In this document: piece after piece, positions 16,633 through 17,354 of the stretch
Position numbering within the stretch: the stretch's first letter is position 1
How the letters are laid out: the number at the start of each line of letters is the position of its first letter
Assembly (NCBI GenBank): GCA_963712115.1
Contig: CAVQGX010000015.1
Span: forward strand, 1 to 17,354
DNA: 17,354 nucleotides
Direction: 5' to 3'
Origin: an uncultured delta proteobacterium
Lineage (GTDB): Bacteria; Desulfobacterota; Syntrophobacteria; BM002
Translations under genes and position numbers: made by a program
The notes under the pieces: generated by a model
The model's database searches: none
Seen by the model: the letters and a program-made list of their open reading frames with translations, nothing else
Told to the model about the DNA's origin: nothing

Positions 16633-16906
16633 CTCACTCTAGGCAAACCAGTCAAAAGATCAGTGAAATCCTAATTAATAGTTCCAAATACTAAGGTACT
16701 AGTAAGTGAAAACTTCTACTGGCAAACCGACCAATCCAGTGCAGAAAGAAAAGATTGTCTCTCCTTGAGAATGGTTGCGGGAACTTGAACTGTTCTTAGT
16801 TTAGGACAACCTGGCTGAATTTGTAAATAGGAAGCATGCATGATTTTGACTTTAGTACCAGTATAATACCAGTTAGATCAGTGGTCGGGCCAAGGAGAGG
16901 AAAAGG

Positions 16907-17208
16907 CAGAGGTCAGAGGTCAGAGGTCGGACGTCGGAGGGCAGAAGAGAATTGCGGATTTGGAATTCAGATTGCGAAGTTATCGCTTTGCGATTGTCCG
17001 TAGTTCCACCTTAGGCTGATCAGTTGCCCGTTGCAAATGAATGGAGCATGGGGAAAGACAGCGGGAGGCAGGCAGCGGACAGCCCCATTATGTTGGAGGG
17101 TGGAGCCAGTCTTAAGAGACGCGGAGATGGGGAGAAACGGAGACGCGGAGGAGAAAGACAGAGGGCGGAGGACAGTTTCCACTAGGCACTAGGGACTATG
17201 CTCTAGGC
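16907..17208. repeat. Mosaic of degenerate 7- and 8-nt tandem repeat tracts
   Basis: CAGAGGT x3 plus variants (16907-16948), GAATTGC-like heptamers (16949-16977), AGACGCGG-type octamers x4 (17117-17148), ACTAGGC-type heptamers x4 (17181-17208). Confidence 0.7.
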
Positions 17209-17354
17209 ACAGTAAAGGCGACACGAGGAGACGGAGATGCGGCGAGAGGGATTTAGGGCATCAGGCTTCGCCGTCATTAGGTCACTACGCTGCGCTGTCA
17301 TTTGTTGTAATAGGTAAAGCAGAAAGTTTTAAATTGAGGATTTCGGATTGCGCC

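Noticed and set aside
16641-16730. Two GGCAAACC motifs resembling the start of a c-di-GMP-I riboswitch
   Set aside because: They lack the GAAA-loop/GACGCAAAG continuation and lie on the opposite strand to the adjacent gene.

Overview
Bacterial envelope/signalling locus. Gene content and repeat style suggest a Gram-negative Desulfobacterota-like ('deltaproteobacterial') genome (inference). The core is a convergent five-gene module. On + are a two-partner secretion pair: a filamentous-haemagglutinin-type TpsA and a ShlB/FhaC-type TpsB. On - is a tight operon of a lipoprotein TPR-CHAT (caspase-clan) protease, a CHASE2 class III nucleotide cyclase whose specificity residues are not adenylyl-like, and an exported DUF928 protein. 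The left end has three stacked MITE-like elements with terminal inverted repeats and flanking direct repeats, then a small putative lipoprotein. The right part has an FN3 protein with a truncated CFI-box-CTERM-like tail, an AT-rich MauE/DoxX plus Cys-less rhodanese pair, a small membrane protein behind a consensus sigma-54 promoter, a minimal PEP-CTERM protein, and a mosaic of 7-9 nt period repeat tracts. No rRNA, tRNA, CRISPR array or transposase was seen.
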